From Seison nebaliae (taxonomy: Eukaryota), in assembly GCA_023231475.1 (NCBI GenBank), contig JALJEE010003266.1:1-37540 (forward strand): 37,540 nucleotides of DNA, given 5' to 3'. Numbering within the stretch: the stretch's first letter is position 1; the number at the start of each line of letters is the position of its first letter. The position numbers and the translations under genes were made by a program. Under the pieces are notes generated by a model that had not been told where the DNA came from, did not search any database, and saw nothing but the letters and a program-made list of their open reading frames with translations. Below, one piece after another: positions 1 through 13,726 of the stretch.

Positions 1-66
1 GTGGCCAAGTTAATTAAGAATTTTAAAATTTTCGTTAAAATTTTTTATATATGTTTCAATTTTTAG

Positions 67-1926
67 TAATACAGAATATTTATGTGAAATCAGTGTATCT
101 GATCATTATGGACGGAATACGAACTCGCATATAACAACGGCATTTATCTTAATTCATACGGGTAAAGTGTTGAATGGTATGGTTCCCAAACCAGTGGTGA
201 AGAAGGAAAAATGTAAAAATAAATGGAAAACGGCAATGATTCCAATCCCTTTATTTCTTGGAATGGGTTTCGGATGTTTAGGTGGATTATGTTGTTTTAA
301 GAAACGATGTTGTAAGAAGAAGAAAGATAAAAAGAAAAGTTAAATATTTTATTAAATTTTTTTCTAATAATAAATATTCTATAAATGATTGTAGAAGAGA
401 AAAAAATGATTATAGTAGGAAAGGATGCTGATGGAAATATTGTTGATGAAGATGGTAATCCTCTGGAAGTCAATTCGAAAATGAGGAAAATGTTAAAGAA
501 TCAAGAACGTCTTCAGAAGAAGATTGAAGATAATCCGAAATTGAAACGTGCGACAATTTATGCCATCGAATCCGAAGAACAAGATGGCGAAGTGTTTAGT
601 AGTAGTTGTCATATGTTTGTAAATGGACAAGAGAAACAAGAAGCGTTAAGTAATAAGAGTAATTTATCGCCGTTATATGAGGAATCGAGTGGAATAACTA
701 ATTTCTCTACATTGCCATCTGCAAAAGATGTTGGAATGAATAAAATGATGAATTATAATATGGATCCGAATCAATCAGATCCATCCATGAAATTACAATC
801 GAATATGAATATGTCACATCATGCTATGATGCCAAATGATGGAATTGCTGATATGAGAAACATTGGAGAAAAGAGTCTTAATATGACAGCTGTACTTCCA
901 TCACAACCTCATGTTAAATTACGACCAGTAGAAGGTATGGGTGACAGACGTAGAGTAGCTGGTGGTGGTGGTGCTGGTGGTCCACCTGCAGCCGGAACAG
1001 CAACATTACCCACACGTCAACATCAACATATTCATCCACATCATCAACATTCAAAACAACAACAACATAGTCCTCCACCTTCGCCCAGAAATTCAGCTTC
1101 TTATCTAACACCGATCGAAAATCAAACTTTACCAAACCGAAGAAAAAGTGGAAGAAATTCGAGATTAGGTCGTTTCATTGGAAGAGACAGAAATAAGAAA
1201 TCGACTTTCTTACAAACACCGTCACCTGCTAAAGATAATTTAGCGCCGCCTCCTTTTCATAATATTTATGATAGTGTGGCCGGTGATGAAGGAGGAAGTG
1301 ATATACGAACAAGAAGTAATAACAAAGATAGAAGTACATCATCTAATCGTTTGTCACATATACCGGAATTCCAACTTCCTAATGTAGCGAATAATCAAAA
1401 TCAAAGTCAAAATAGTTCATTCGACTCTCAGCCATCGGTCAATGACCATATGATGTTTAGGAATAGTGCAAAATTGACAATTGGTGATGTTAATCCATCA
1501 GGAGCATATCCTCATACGAATACTCACCAATCAAGAGAAACATCAACTAATCGACCAAAAATGCCACCACCTCCCATACCACCTCCAAGACCTGATAATT
1601 CCAAATCAAAATTTCAAGCACTTCTCCAACAAACCGAATCGTCGTTAGCTGATAATCCACAACCATCTTATTTACCCAGCTACCTCAGACAACAACAACA
1701 ACAACATCATAACGCTCAACCACAATGTATGGTGAATCAATCTCAAAATCAGCCACCACTTCCTTTAAATCGATCGCATATAATGAAAACAGATAAAAAT
1801 ACGGAAAATAGTCGTGTGGATGATCGAGCACCTCTTTGTGATAATTCTCAAAATATGCCGTTATACACTCCAATTGGTAATAGTCAGTATTCTGATCAAA
1901 TTCCACCCGAAGGAATGTTGATATAA
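67..1926 (+). CDS. 3' part of a single-pass membrane protein (possibly cadherin-like) with a long low-complexity cytoplasmic tail; the gene begins left of the window
   Basis: Exon 67-338 reads NTEYLCEISVSDHYGRNTNSHITTAFILIHTG...AMIPIPLFLGMGFGCLGGLCCFKKRCCKKKK, i.e. a hydrophobic helix followed by a Cys/Lys stop-transfer segment. A 56-nt phase-1 intron (339-394, GTTAAA..TAG) joins it in frame to the ORF ending at 1926. A probable upstream intron lies at 9-66. YLCEISVSD..TTAFILI loosely resembles the last strands of a cadherin repeat (weak). The tail has Pro-rich tracts and NIYDSV. Confidence 0.7.
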
Positions 1927-2640
1927 TTCCACATTTATTTTTTGCTTTCCTTAAAAATGTTCATCGGAAATATTTATTTCTTCCAATTAACATCCAATCC
2001 TTCTTGTACAGTGGACTAGGACTGTTCATTGAACCAGCTGATACAAAAGAATCACTAATAATCATTTCATATTCTTCCTCTCATTTCCTACATCTATTTT
2101 TTAAACATGTAAATATTTCTTTGAACTTTCCTCAAAAAATATCAAAAAACTATAAAAAATGTTATTCAACTCATAATTATTTATTCATTATTTTTTTTTA
2201 AAGCAAACAGTATTTTTTTAATCAAAGACAAATACTTCCATAACATTTCATTTGAGGAGAATTTTATAAACAATTCACCTGTGCGAACAATCTCATTGAA
2301 ATCTCTTTCAAATAACACACGAAGAGAATCTTAAACAATTTTTTATTTTTCTTCCTCTATTCCTTTTAATGTTAATAAAAAAAAAAGAAAACAGTTAATT
2401 GTGAATGGAATAAAAGGAATGATGGAGATTGCATTTTGTAAAATAATTTGTGAATGAAAAAATTCGATGAAATAAAATTAATAAAATGAATGTTTGAAGG
2501 AAACGTGAATATTAAGAATAAAAATGAAAAACTAAATAAAATTTAGAAAAATAATTTGGTTTCTCTCTTTCCCTGTAATATATATCAGTTTAATTCGTAG
2601 TAGATTAGTCTAAATTTCCAAATTTCTTTTATCAATTCCA

Positions 2641-4746
2641 TTAATAAACTTGGTTGAGTTGTTGCAATTCGATATGTTTCGATGGTAAATGTAATTTCTG
2701 CGATTTACTCACACGATATGATTGAATTCTGGAATTGGATGTCGATGAAGATAATGATATGTCATTATTCGCTGCGTTCTTATTAGAGAATTGAATACTA
2801 TTATTTGATGAATTAGATGGACAACGACGTACGTGGACTTTATAAATTCCTTCTTCACTTAAATCGTTCGATGATAATCCATTACTTCGTCTTTTCTGTT
2901 TCTGAGAAGAATTTCTTCGATTTCCATGAGAAAATTCTAAGCGTAAAATTGGTCCTTCTGTTTCAATTTCTGTCAATGGAATGTCTCCCTTCTTCATCTT
3001 CTCTCTCATATTCTCAACATCTATCGGTTCGAATTCATCGTTCATTAATCCTCTCTCTAATCGATTGACAATTTCGGGAGGGACGAGTACTTTCGATGCG
3101 GAACGAGAACCTCGACTATCTAACGAGGAGATGGAAGCACGTCGATTTGAAATATTGGGTGATTTGCTTCTACGTTTTCTGGCTCGTCTACGACGTTGTT
3201 GAGAATCATCTAAAGATCTTTTTTTTCGACGATTAGATGTGACTGACGTACAATCAGTAGCTGAAGTATTATGATATTGATGATAATTAATTTCTGATCC
3301 CGACAAATTATTATTATCATCATCAATTACAAATTGTTTTATGGATGGTGCTCGACTATCACGACTGGCACCTAAACCTTTTGAATTAGCGAAATGTTTA
3401 CAAACATTCTCCTGTCTCTCAATCGACATATTTATATTATTCATCGATTGTCTTTGTTGTTGATCTGATGTTGTTTTGTCTTCAGAGAATCGTCTTTTTA
3501 CTGGTCGCCATATTGGTGCTTGTGCGGCACATTTACCAGCAGATTTCATAAAATAATCTTTATGAGCTATGCAACATCTCCATAATTCGAGAGCATGACG
3601 GAAATTATGACAAGTGAACGATCGAGTTAATAATTGATTTTGTTGATCATAATGAAATATCAATTGAAGTTTCTTTAACAGAGGAGGAGTTAAAATGAAA
3701 TTATCTTTTAATTCATTTTCTGATACGTCGTTCAATGTCGTCAACAAAATATTTTTGATATCATTCTTCGTTACTTTCATTTGTAGAAATATTCGTCGAT
3801 CTTTTTGTTTTATTGATACGACACTGGACCACATATAAACAATACGATTATTCTCATTATTCTCACCATTGTTCAATGTTGGTCCTCCTAAATTGTCATT
3901 CGTATATAACAAAAGAGCACGATGTGTCAATCCCAAATAAGTCATTTTTCCATTCTCTATCGACAATCGATAACCGTCGACTCCATAAAAACGAAAGTCT
4001 TTACAAATATCTACAAACATTTTCTCCGCTTCAAATGATGATCTAATTTCCATTTTCTTGTATCGAAGAAATGCTCCCTTAATTATTGTGGAATTAGATT
4101 TTGGAAGAAATTGAAAATTCATCGCTTTCTCGAATAATTCATCACTTGAATCGGATGAATAATTTCCCAATTCCGCTTGAAAAGAGAGAGATAATAATTT
4201 TTCCGAATCCACTTTATCTGGTTGAGGTAAACGTCCGGTAACCAGATCTCTTCGTAATTGTAAATAGAGAAAATAATAAAATAATTCATTTTCAATCAAC
4301 GAAGGTTCCGATGGATAGAATCGGAAACACATTATAAAGATTAATTGAGAATTATTCGATTGTTGATTGTTCTCATTATTATTATCATTGTTGCAACAAT
4401 TTCGATAGGAATCATTCTCATTCAAAAAGAGATTTTTAGAGAAATTTGCGTTTTGTGTAAATAATGATTTAGTATTGTTGTCCAAATTGAGAATTTTTGC
4501 TTGCGAATAAATACTCCTCTTACTATTTAACCAATACTTCTCACCATTTCCAGTGTAATATCTCAATGCAAAATAATCCATATTACACTGATAATTATTT
4601 AGGGAGAAGTGTTGATACATTGCATCGTAGAGTACTGATGCCTTCTCACCAAAACGAACATTAACTTCGATTTCTTCATTATTCAACAAAATCAGTTTAC
4701 ATCGAATCTTCTGCTTTTTTCGATTATAAAAATTAACGCAAAACAT
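2641..4746 (-). CDS. EPB41L4A: FERM-domain band 4.1-like protein, EPB41L4A/NBL4-like, 701 aa, intronless
   Basis: FERM motifs DYFALRY, YWLN, FRFYPSEP, YLQLRRDLVTGRLP, QAELGNY, FYGVDGY and LWRCCIAHKDYF. An Arg/Ser-rich tract RRRARKRRSKSP, and IPLTEIETEG resembling the EPB41L4A C-terminal IPYTKIETQG motif as recalled. Confidence 0.8.
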   Translation of the reverse strand: MFCVNFYNRKKQKIRCKLILLNNEEIEVNVRFGEKASVLYDAMYQHFSLNNYQCNMDYFALRYYTGNGEKYWLNSKRSIYSQAKILNLDNNTKSLFTQNANFSKNLFLNENDSYRNCCNNDNNNENNQQSNNSQLIFIMCFRFYPSEPSLIENELFYYFLYLQLRRDLVTGRLPQPDKVDSEKLLSLSFQAELGNYSSDSSDELFEKAMNFQFLPKSNSTIIKGAFLRYKKMEIRSSFEAEKMFVDICKDFRFYGVDGYRLSIENGKMTYLGLTHRALLLYTNDNLGGPTLNNGENNENNRIVYMWSSVVSIKQKDRRIFLQMKVTKNDIKNILLTTLNDVSENELKDNFILTPPLLKKLQLIFHYDQQNQLLTRSFTCHNFRHALELWRCCIAHKDYFMKSAGKCAAQAPIWRPVKRRFSEDKTTSDQQQRQSMNNINMSIERQENVCKHFANSKGLGASRDSRAPSIKQFVIDDDNNNLSGSEINYHQYHNTSATDCTSVTSNRRKKRSLDDSQQRRRRARKRRSKSPNISNRRASISSLDSRGSRSASKVLVPPEIVNRLERGLMNDEFEPIDVENMREKMKKGDIPLTEIETEGPILRLEFSHGNRRNSSQKQKRRSNGLSSNDLSEEGIYKVHVRRCPSNSSNNSIQFSNKNAANNDISLSSSTSNSRIQSYRVSKSQKLHLPSKHIELQQLNQVY

Positions 4747-5084
4747 TTCCGATATTTTTTAAATTCGATATAAATTTACGATGTCCAATTTACAAATAAC
4801 AATTAATTTTCACGAAAATGAACTAAACTAATAATTCGTTTTTGATTCTTCTTCAAACAACTGAATTATCTCTATTCCGAAAGATGTGAATAAAGAAAAT
4901 AAAGAGAAAAACATCAAAGTTCAAATTGCCGCCAACAATAACCAAGATCACTGTTGTTGTTTTTTATTTGAAATTGACATATATTTAGAGTAAATTTGAA
5001 TTTCTTTCAATTTTTAAAATATTGTTCTTATAGTAACGTAACTATGACGATAACTGATAATTCTTTCACGTATCTCCCGCCATA

Positions 5085-6265
5085 ATGACTAAAGCGAACA
5101 TCTTTATTCATCGACGTCTCCAATTATGTGAAGATTATTTTTCTACTTTGTGCGAGCGAATGATGAAATGTGCTCAGCAGGAAGCCAAACTTCGAGACAA
5201 TAATGACAAATTGGTAGAAACGTTATTCACAAGTGCTGACAAAGAGAAAATAACGACTAGTCTTCGTGAAACCATTAAAAATGTCGCTGCCAATATGAGT
5301 TCGATTGAAGACTATCGAGATGCATATGTTTCTTTTTATCATTTTCAATAATAATACGTTTCTTTCCGATATAGATTCGTAGAATTGAAAAGAATTTGTT
5401 AAGTAATATGGCTGCATATGAACATCACTTGAGAAATGCTCGATCTGACGTAGTCCGATCACTAAAAGCAAGACAAAAAGAAGTGGCAAAATATCAAAAA
5501 TTCAAAACAGTGATGGATCGTGCCGATTCCAGATCTACTAGAAGAGCAAAAGCCGATGCTGACCGTGCAGCTCAAGAGGCAGGTAGAGCAGAAAATTTTT
5601 TAATGGAACAAATGTTGAAATTGGAAGAGAAGAAATTGGAGGATTCGAAATTCTTTATCGAAACTTATTTGAAAACTCAGATGCATTTCCATGCCAGATC
5701 TCTTCAAATGTTGTCGGAATCGATAAAAAAGATTAGTTCGTTGAATATTGCTGATGATTTATCTGTTAATTTTTTCATTTTACAAAAACTTTAATTTATG
5801 TTTTTAATTTTTTTTTAGAATTTCGAGAAGACTTTTGGAATAAATATGCAACAAAGTGGCTCCACTATATCTCAATTGGCATTAAATGAGTCAGATGAAG
5901 AATATGATTCACGAAAGGGAAAGAGAAGTAAGTATATGGATCGTGCAATGAGTGAACCGAATTTAAATAAAAAATCGGAGAAACATCATGTCAAATTCCG
6001 TAAGGCTAAATCGAAAGACAATATTCGTCGACGTTCACATCGACATAACGATTCCACTTCTTCTGATGAAACATCAAGTGATAGTGACGATGAGAATCAA
6101 ACGGAAAGCGAAGATGAAGATACAAGAGGACAAAGTCATCGTTCCAGAAGTTATCGGGAGAAAGTTTCTTCAACTAAACGGAAAGACAGTAGCTCTGATG
6201 GAAAATCAACAGAGGAATCGTCGTCCGATGAATCTACTAACAGATACTATTCGAAAAGGCGTTAA
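5085..6265 (+). CDS. CIBAR1: FAM92/CIBAR-family BAR-domain protein with a long charged, Ser-rich C-terminal extension
   Basis: Exons 5085-5327, 5375-5764, 5819-6265; introns of 47 and 54 nt, both GTT..TAG, phase 0. Motifs EDYFSTLC, AKLRDNNDKLV, IEDYRDAY|IRRIE, EEKKLEDSK and MHFHARSLQM match the FAM92 pattern (EKHFGELC, ARLRDKADLLV, LQDYRQAEVERLE, MLFHGKALEV). Confidence 0.8.
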
Positions 6266-9200
6266 AATATTGAAATTGATTTTTTATAACACTCTTTCTT
6301 GACAAATTATTCATTATAAGAATAAATTTCAATTATACTTCCAATTTATATTCGAAAACATATCGACTTACTCTATGAGGTGTTCAATTTTAATAAGTTT
6401 AAGTTAGTTTATAGGAAGTAAGTGGGCGAAAATGAAACATTTCGGATCGAATACGAGCGGTATTAATTATTTTTAGCAGATTCGATTATTAGACATTCCT
6501 TTTTGCAATACGAAACTTTGACTTCTAATGTTTTATTTCCTTTTAAGACTTGAATTGTTTTCCGTCTAAGAATTTTATTTTTATTTCCCCACGTAATAAA
6601 ATGCAAAGAATTTTTGATTTAATGGTGGTATGAAACTATTAAGGGATAAATCTAACAATCTGTTCATGGATTTCTCTTAATTTTTCCGATTTTTATTCTC
6701 TGAAAACTAGAAATGGCTAGGAAGAATGTCAGACAGTTATGAAAATCGGACATTATTTTAATAATATGGATATTATTATAAATTGGGAAGTAATTATAAT
6801 ATTTTATTGAGATGGAATTCTTATTATTTTTCTGTTATAAATTTTCAGGCAAATGTTTTTTTGACAATAAATTTCCGTCCCTAATAATAAATATCTCCTG
6901 ATAACAATCCCTAACATAATATCTGATTATGTTCTTAGTCAATGATTTGATCAGAAAAATTAATACTTATCCGCTTCAAGTAATATGTTCAATTTGTTGG
7001 AATAATACTAATTATATAAGATGTTATTCATTGGACCTGAAGATCATAGACATTTCTTACCATCCCATTTAATGCTCTAATTCGATTTGTGTGGGGGGAC
7101 AAACTTCTCTGTTATTATTAGCGACATTTCATGAGAATGTTCTGATTGTTTTTACTATCTTTCCGCTTAACGATACTCCTACTACAACTTAAGTTATTAA
7201 TGAAATGCCTCAAATATCTGAGTAATTCAAAGAAATAAAGTAAATAATATTTTAAATGATTCTGATCACTCGATCTGTCGAATAAAAACATAGTACAAAT
7301 TATTTCTTTCGAACATACATTTGTCAAGTCATTAGTTTAAGATACGTTTCAGATGAATATATTACGCTTTTTATTTTGCTATAGTTAAATATAAAATTGA
7401 AATAAGAATTGTTATCAAATTACTTAAGTTTTATTATAATTAATCCTAAGAAAATAGACAATGTTAATAAACGATTGACAATTAGACGTTGTATTTTTTA
7501 GAATGAAAAACCATTTTACAAGATTATTGTTCGTAATCTTACATACAAGATAATCTTACATAATTCATATAGGACACTCTGTTGAAGAATATTAATGGGA
7601 AGTAAATTTTGAGATTAAGCTAATTGTCTACGACACCCCGAAGACAAAGGAAATATTTAGAATAATTAGAAACCACTAGAATTTCGTGCAATCTAAAAGA
7701 TAAATATAACTTCTACGTCATCATGTTAAGTTTGACGTTGTTGGTCGTTGGAAGTTTGATACTCATAAATAACCAGATAGTTCTCATTAATCATTATGCA
7801 AGATCACGTCAATGTTTATTACGAAGTTTTAAATGATATTCTCCCAATCTTATGTTCTCTATTCCACAACACGGAAGGAATAGAAGAAGGTGTTTTATCC
7901 ATGATAATCCATTGAATTGAGGAAGTAAATAATTGTGGGATTATTGAAAAAAAGGAAATATTTATAAAAATCAGTTCGATTATTCTTTTATGAGTACAAT
8001 ACAGTATTACGAATAATAGTTGTTCTTTTATTGTGTAGAGGGAGCATATTAGATATCTTTCCAAATGAGAATAAAGGTATTGTTGCAGTTGACATTATGT
8101 CGTATCCAAATATTTCAATTAGTTATCCATTTGTCATCAATCAATTTGTTTTATTGAAGCTAGAACAGAACGACAGAACTTAATAATATTTTTTAGAAAA
8201 TAATATTAAAAGGAGCCGTTTTACCCGACACTCGTTTTATTGGAGAAAGAAATAGTATTTCTTTAAACAATATTTCTTATACGAATTTAATTAAATCCTA
8301 AATATCCTTATTAGATGGAGAAATTGTGATAACTATAATTTTAAATTGTCATTTCCCATTGATGACATGAATTGGTGATGAAACTTTTCAATGGGAAAAA
8401 TTTAATGATATCTTATATATTCCACTGATATTCTTACGCATTTATTAAATTATTCCAAATAATTCTTCCCTCCCTCATTCCAGCTAATGGCAACTGATTG
8501 TTAGTGAAGAAGTGAGAAAGAAAGGAACCTACGCAAAGGAGATAATACTTCCGTCTCATGTCAACAATTGACCGATTGAAAGAATGGGTTAATCAATTCA
8601 CAAATGGTTCTTCGAATTAGAGAAATAAATTTCACTATGTATCTATCTCACAATATGCACTAATATCAATTTCTTTTCAAACATATCTCCACGTATTCCA
8701 CAACCTCCAGTTGTCCAATTTATAAATGAATTTCCCTTATATATGAATGGAATGGGTGTTTTTATTTTTCCCTTTTGAATAGGATATTCTCATTCAGCTT
8801 ATTTACTTCATATCCAATGGTTATTCAATTATTATATTGTTTCAATGAGATATGTAAATTTTACAGATTAGGACGAAGTAAATAAAGATCCCAATTTTAT
8901 GAATATTTATTACTAGTTCTAATTGGAACAATTTATCCTTTTTACATTAACCAATTAAATTATTTATGATCATCAAATAACATCTAATATTCGGGTAATT
9001 GAGTATTTTTACGACGGGACTAATTTAAATTTTTTATAATATTTTTCACTTTGAAGAATCGTAGTACGCCCACCCAGAACACTAGAACGGCATTTGTCAT
9101 TTTTCGTATATTTATTAAAGGAACAAAAATTTATTTTTAATCTTCACATTACTCCTGTTTATCTCCATATTTTTTTGACATGAATGATCATATAAAAGGA

Positions 9201-9297
9201 AAATCGATTTTATTTCTTCTTAAAGTGAAATTCTTTCAATAAATTTTGACACTTCTCTCCCCGACAATAAAAAGATCTTTCTTGTTTTTTTCTTATT

Positions 9298-9810
9298 ATG
9301 ATACCGTCACATTATATATCGATTGTTCTCTGCTTAACGACCGTGATAGTTGGGCTCTCGGCAAAATCATCATTTCGTCAACCCGATTTACAATCATCAA
9401 TTGATTCAAACAATTTCAAGAGATCGTTATCTGACTTATTGGGCGATGACAGTGAAACGGAGAATTCGGAGAATTCGAAGAATCTCGAAATGTACATGAG
9501 AAAATTGATGTTACTTAAAAAAGAACAAAATAAACGTTTAGAAAAGATCTCAACAATTCTTTCAGAACTCGTAAATAATTATGAAGTTTGCTTATTAATT
9601 CAAAATATTTTTCATATTCTCTTTTTTCGTAGAAGGTAATTTCAAATGATGTTCACGATATTAAAGGTTTAATTACGAGAGATTATTTCCGCTTCAGTTC
9701 ATTTATCGACATATTTATTAGCTGTTTCAGGTACAACGAATAAGAGAAAACGTTTCCAAAACTGTTCACCGTTGATGAGTATTCTTAATCCGAATGCGAT
9801 TTGTTATTAA
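9298..9810 (+). CDS. Secreted neuropeptide precursor (136 aa) ending in a disulfide-ring peptide, allatostatin-C/somatostatin-like architecture
   Basis: Exons 9298-9585, 9633-9666, 9722-9810; introns of 47 and 55 nt, GTT..TAG. Signal peptide MIPSHYISIVLCLTTVIVGLSA, an internal KR, an acidic/helical spacer, then KRKR followed by FQNCSPLMSILNPNAICY-stop. Confidence 0.7.
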
Positions 9811-10189
9811 CAAAGAAATTTCTTAACGAAGAATAAAGAATTTTTAACACCCAAAAAATTTTTAAACGATTATTCTTAAAATGATCTTAAGATGATTAAT
9901 TCTTATTTCTAATTGCATTTCTGCCGTTCCCCCAATCTATTATATCCTCTTTCTCTTTCTCTTTCCTTTCGGGAGTCTCCTACCGTCGATGAGCAACCAA
10001 CAACCGAAACTGAACACCTGAAGAATGAAGAAATTGTCGTGCCAATTGTTCTTAAAAAAATCCACCAGTTTATTTATTGACAATCGAATAATTTAAAACT
10101 TTCTTTCAAACTTATTCATCAATAAACAACAAGCGTAAATTAAACTTTAAATTTTGAAATTTTTAATTTATTAAAATTTCCTTCATAAA

Positions 10190-10981
10190 ATGGTCGTCAC
10201 TCGTCTTATGATTCTAGGTGCACCAGGATCTGGTAAAGGCACAATAGGAAAGAGAATTCTTAAACTTTTTCCCAAAATGACCACACTCGTCATGGGTGAC
10301 GTGCTACGACAAGAGATACGCAACAAATCAAGTAAAAATTTTTTGAATGAAAAATATAACGAATTTATTTAAAGAAATTGGTTTGAAGGTAAATGAAATT
10401 ATCAAGAGTGGTCAATTAGTTTCCGACGATGTCATCAATGAATTGATTAGTGTAAATTTGAAGAAATTTGATAGGAATAAAAATTTATTATTCGACGGAT
10501 ATCCTCGGACGGTGGAGCAAGCGGAATATTTACATAAATCCCAATATGACATTGAACATGTCATTCATGTCGATGTTCCTGATGACGAAATTATTAGTCG
10601 GATAACTGATCGTCTTTATCATCCGGGTAGCGGTCGAATTTATAATTTGTCATGGAATCCTCCAAAAAAGGAAGTCTCTTTTTAATTTCTTTGTCGTCAT
10701 TTAATCTTCATTTTATAAGGGACTAGATGATGTGACTGGAGAAAAATTAATTCGTCGTGACGATGACAAGCGAGAAGTGATTGAGGAACGATTATCAACT
10801 TATCATTCAATTACAGTGAACGTCATCGATTTTTATAAGTTAGGAATTTATCAATTACTCTTCATTATTCAATTTAACATTTTATTAAAGATCGAAGAAT
10901 CGACTTTCATCATTCGCAGGACGAGAGACAAATAAGATTTGGCCAGAAATTGATCAGTTTCTAAAAAAAGAATTTTTGTAA
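10190..10981 (+). CDS. AK3: GTP:AMP phosphotransferase / adenylate kinase 3, 216 aa
   Basis: Exons 10190-10331, 10375-10673, 10720-10838, 10891-10981. P-loop GAPGSGKGT, DGYPRT, LID HPGSGRIYN..NPPKKE|GLDDVTGE, and the AK3-type C-terminus FAGRETNKIWP. All three acceptors are AAG. Confidence 0.92.
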
Positions 10982-11229
10982 AAAAAAATATTTCAATTTA
11001 TTTTTAAAAACTTTCAAATTTTGATAATTTAATAAATTATGGAAATTGTTCAATATAAAATTATTAAAAGTGATAAAACTTATTTAATAAGTTGAAAAAA
11101 ATTTCAAAAATGTTTGATTTGATTTTGTTGTTGGCTTAGTGGAATTATAAATGGATTTTTCACTTTTGAAATAAGAAGCTGAAATAAATTCAGACAATTT
11201 TCGGGGAATCGTTCTAAAAGAAATTCTTC

Positions 11230-11257
11230 TCGAAATATAAATTCGAAATATAAATTC
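11230..11257 (+). repeat. 13-bp tandem duplication (TCGAAATATAAAT x2) just upstream of the PSMD14 start codon
   Basis: Read directly at 11230-11242 and 11243-11255, followed by TC. Confidence 0.8.
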
Positions 11258-11279
11258 TCTTATTAGTCATCAAATATTA

Positions 11280-12529
<1,250 letters not shown>

Positions 12530-12643
12530 ATGCGTTGAATTGGGAAAAGGATGAAGAGAAAAGATTGATAAATTATTATTTGTTGATGAATGTAATAAAA
12601 TTAAAAAGAATTGAGAAAAGAATTTTATAAATCGTTTTTGGCG

Positions 12644-13726
12644 TTAATTGAATAAATGAAAATATTCGATGACAAAAATTCGAAAGATTCGATTAATGTC
12701 AACAATGGACGGCCAATGTAATTGAGTTGCATCATCAGGTGTAGAGGAACGACTTCCTTTATGCCATTGTGGTGGAAAAGGAGTAGATATGAGATGGATA
12801 ACAGGAACGCCTAATTGCAAGAATGGACGATGATCATCATCAATGAATGAATGACGTAAAGCTGGATCGAAATAATTGTGTCGTTCGGATAAAGGATGTT
12901 TGAATAAATCATATTTGCCCATCAGACCTTCGATTGTTACAAATCGTTGATAAAGAAGATTTGTTTGTGAGAAGAATGAATGAAACATATTCGTTTTTGA
13001 TCCGATGAGATCTAAAAGAATTAATGTTTCAATACAATCGATTTGTGTATGATCAGTTTTTGAGCATTTGTCTGTTGCAACTTCATTTCTCCATTTCTCA
13101 GCGAGATGTCGAGAACCATATAATGAATCGGTGGCAGTCCAATCTTTGAAAGCTTCTTCTCCATCAAATAGAACGATTTGGAAATTGATGTTCTTTCGAC
13201 CGTAACGTTCAAATAATGGGGTTATCTCTTTAGCTAAATGCATTAAGATAGCGACGGGAATTGCTGAATCGACAGCGCCAATAAATTTCTCTTCTTCCAT
13301 AAATTTCGATTCATAATGTGCTGCCATTATTAATCGACGTCCTTTCGGTTCATGATTGGGTGGAGTGACAATGATATTTGTGAATTGTTTATAACCATTT
13401 GGTGTGAAATGATGGAAATCATCAAGATCCACTTGCCAATTCAATTGTGATTCAAAAAATCGGATAAGATAATCTTGTACGATTTTTATATTTGGAGTAC
13501 CGGACACTCGTTCCACCAGTAACGGTGTGGCTAAAGCTCTCAATTGATTCTCTTCATCTCCAGTACTCGTTTCGACACTTCTTTTCGATTTGGAGTTTGA
13601 ATTTAATTCTAATAAATTGGTAAATTCATTTTTATTTTTCGTCTCCAACATTCCAGAAGATGTGAGAATGAGATTGAATGTGCCAAAAAATAAAATAAAA
13701 TAAAATAAATAAATACAATTTCTCAT
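12644..13726 (-). CDS. QPCT: Glutaminyl-peptide cyclotransferase (M28 fold), 360 aa, intronless, with N-terminal signal/anchor
   Basis: FIGAVDSA, FDGEEAFKDWTATDSLYGSRHLA, LLDLIG, IDDDHRPFL and PFPPQWH; all three Zn ligands are present. QPCT versus QPCTL cannot be resolved. Confidence 0.93.
   Translation of the reverse strand: MRNCIYLFYFILFFGTFNLILTSSGMLETKNKNEFTNLLELNSNSKSKRSVETSTGDEENQLRALATPLLVERVSGTPNIKIVQDYLIRFFESQLNWQVDLDDFHHFTPNGYKQFTNIIVTPPNHEPKGRRLIMAAHYESKFMEEEKFIGAVDSAIPVAILMHLAKEITPLFERYGRKNINFQIVLFDGEEAFKDWTATDSLYGSRHLAEKWRNEVATDKCSKTDHTQIDCIETLILLDLIGSKTNMFHSFFSQTNLLYQRFVTIEGLMGKYDLFKHPLSERHNYFDPALRHSFIDDDHRPFLQLGVPVIHLISTPFPPQWHKGSRSSTPDDATQLHWPSIVDINRIFRIFVIEYFHLFN

Noticed and set aside
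914..4046. Antisense/overlapping ORFs 914-1135, 1685-1906, 2004-2201, 2817-3068, 2981-3202, 3813-4046
   Set aside because: Short shadows of real genes or low-complexity UTR sequence with no motifs.
6300..9250. 3-kb gene-free stretch with short ORFs 7118-7327 and 7819-8064; considered as a transposon relic or pseudogene
   Set aside because: No transposase, RT or integrase motif, terminal repeat or consistent exon chain was recognisable by eye. It may be regulatory DNA of the neuropeptide gene. A repeat-library search is needed.
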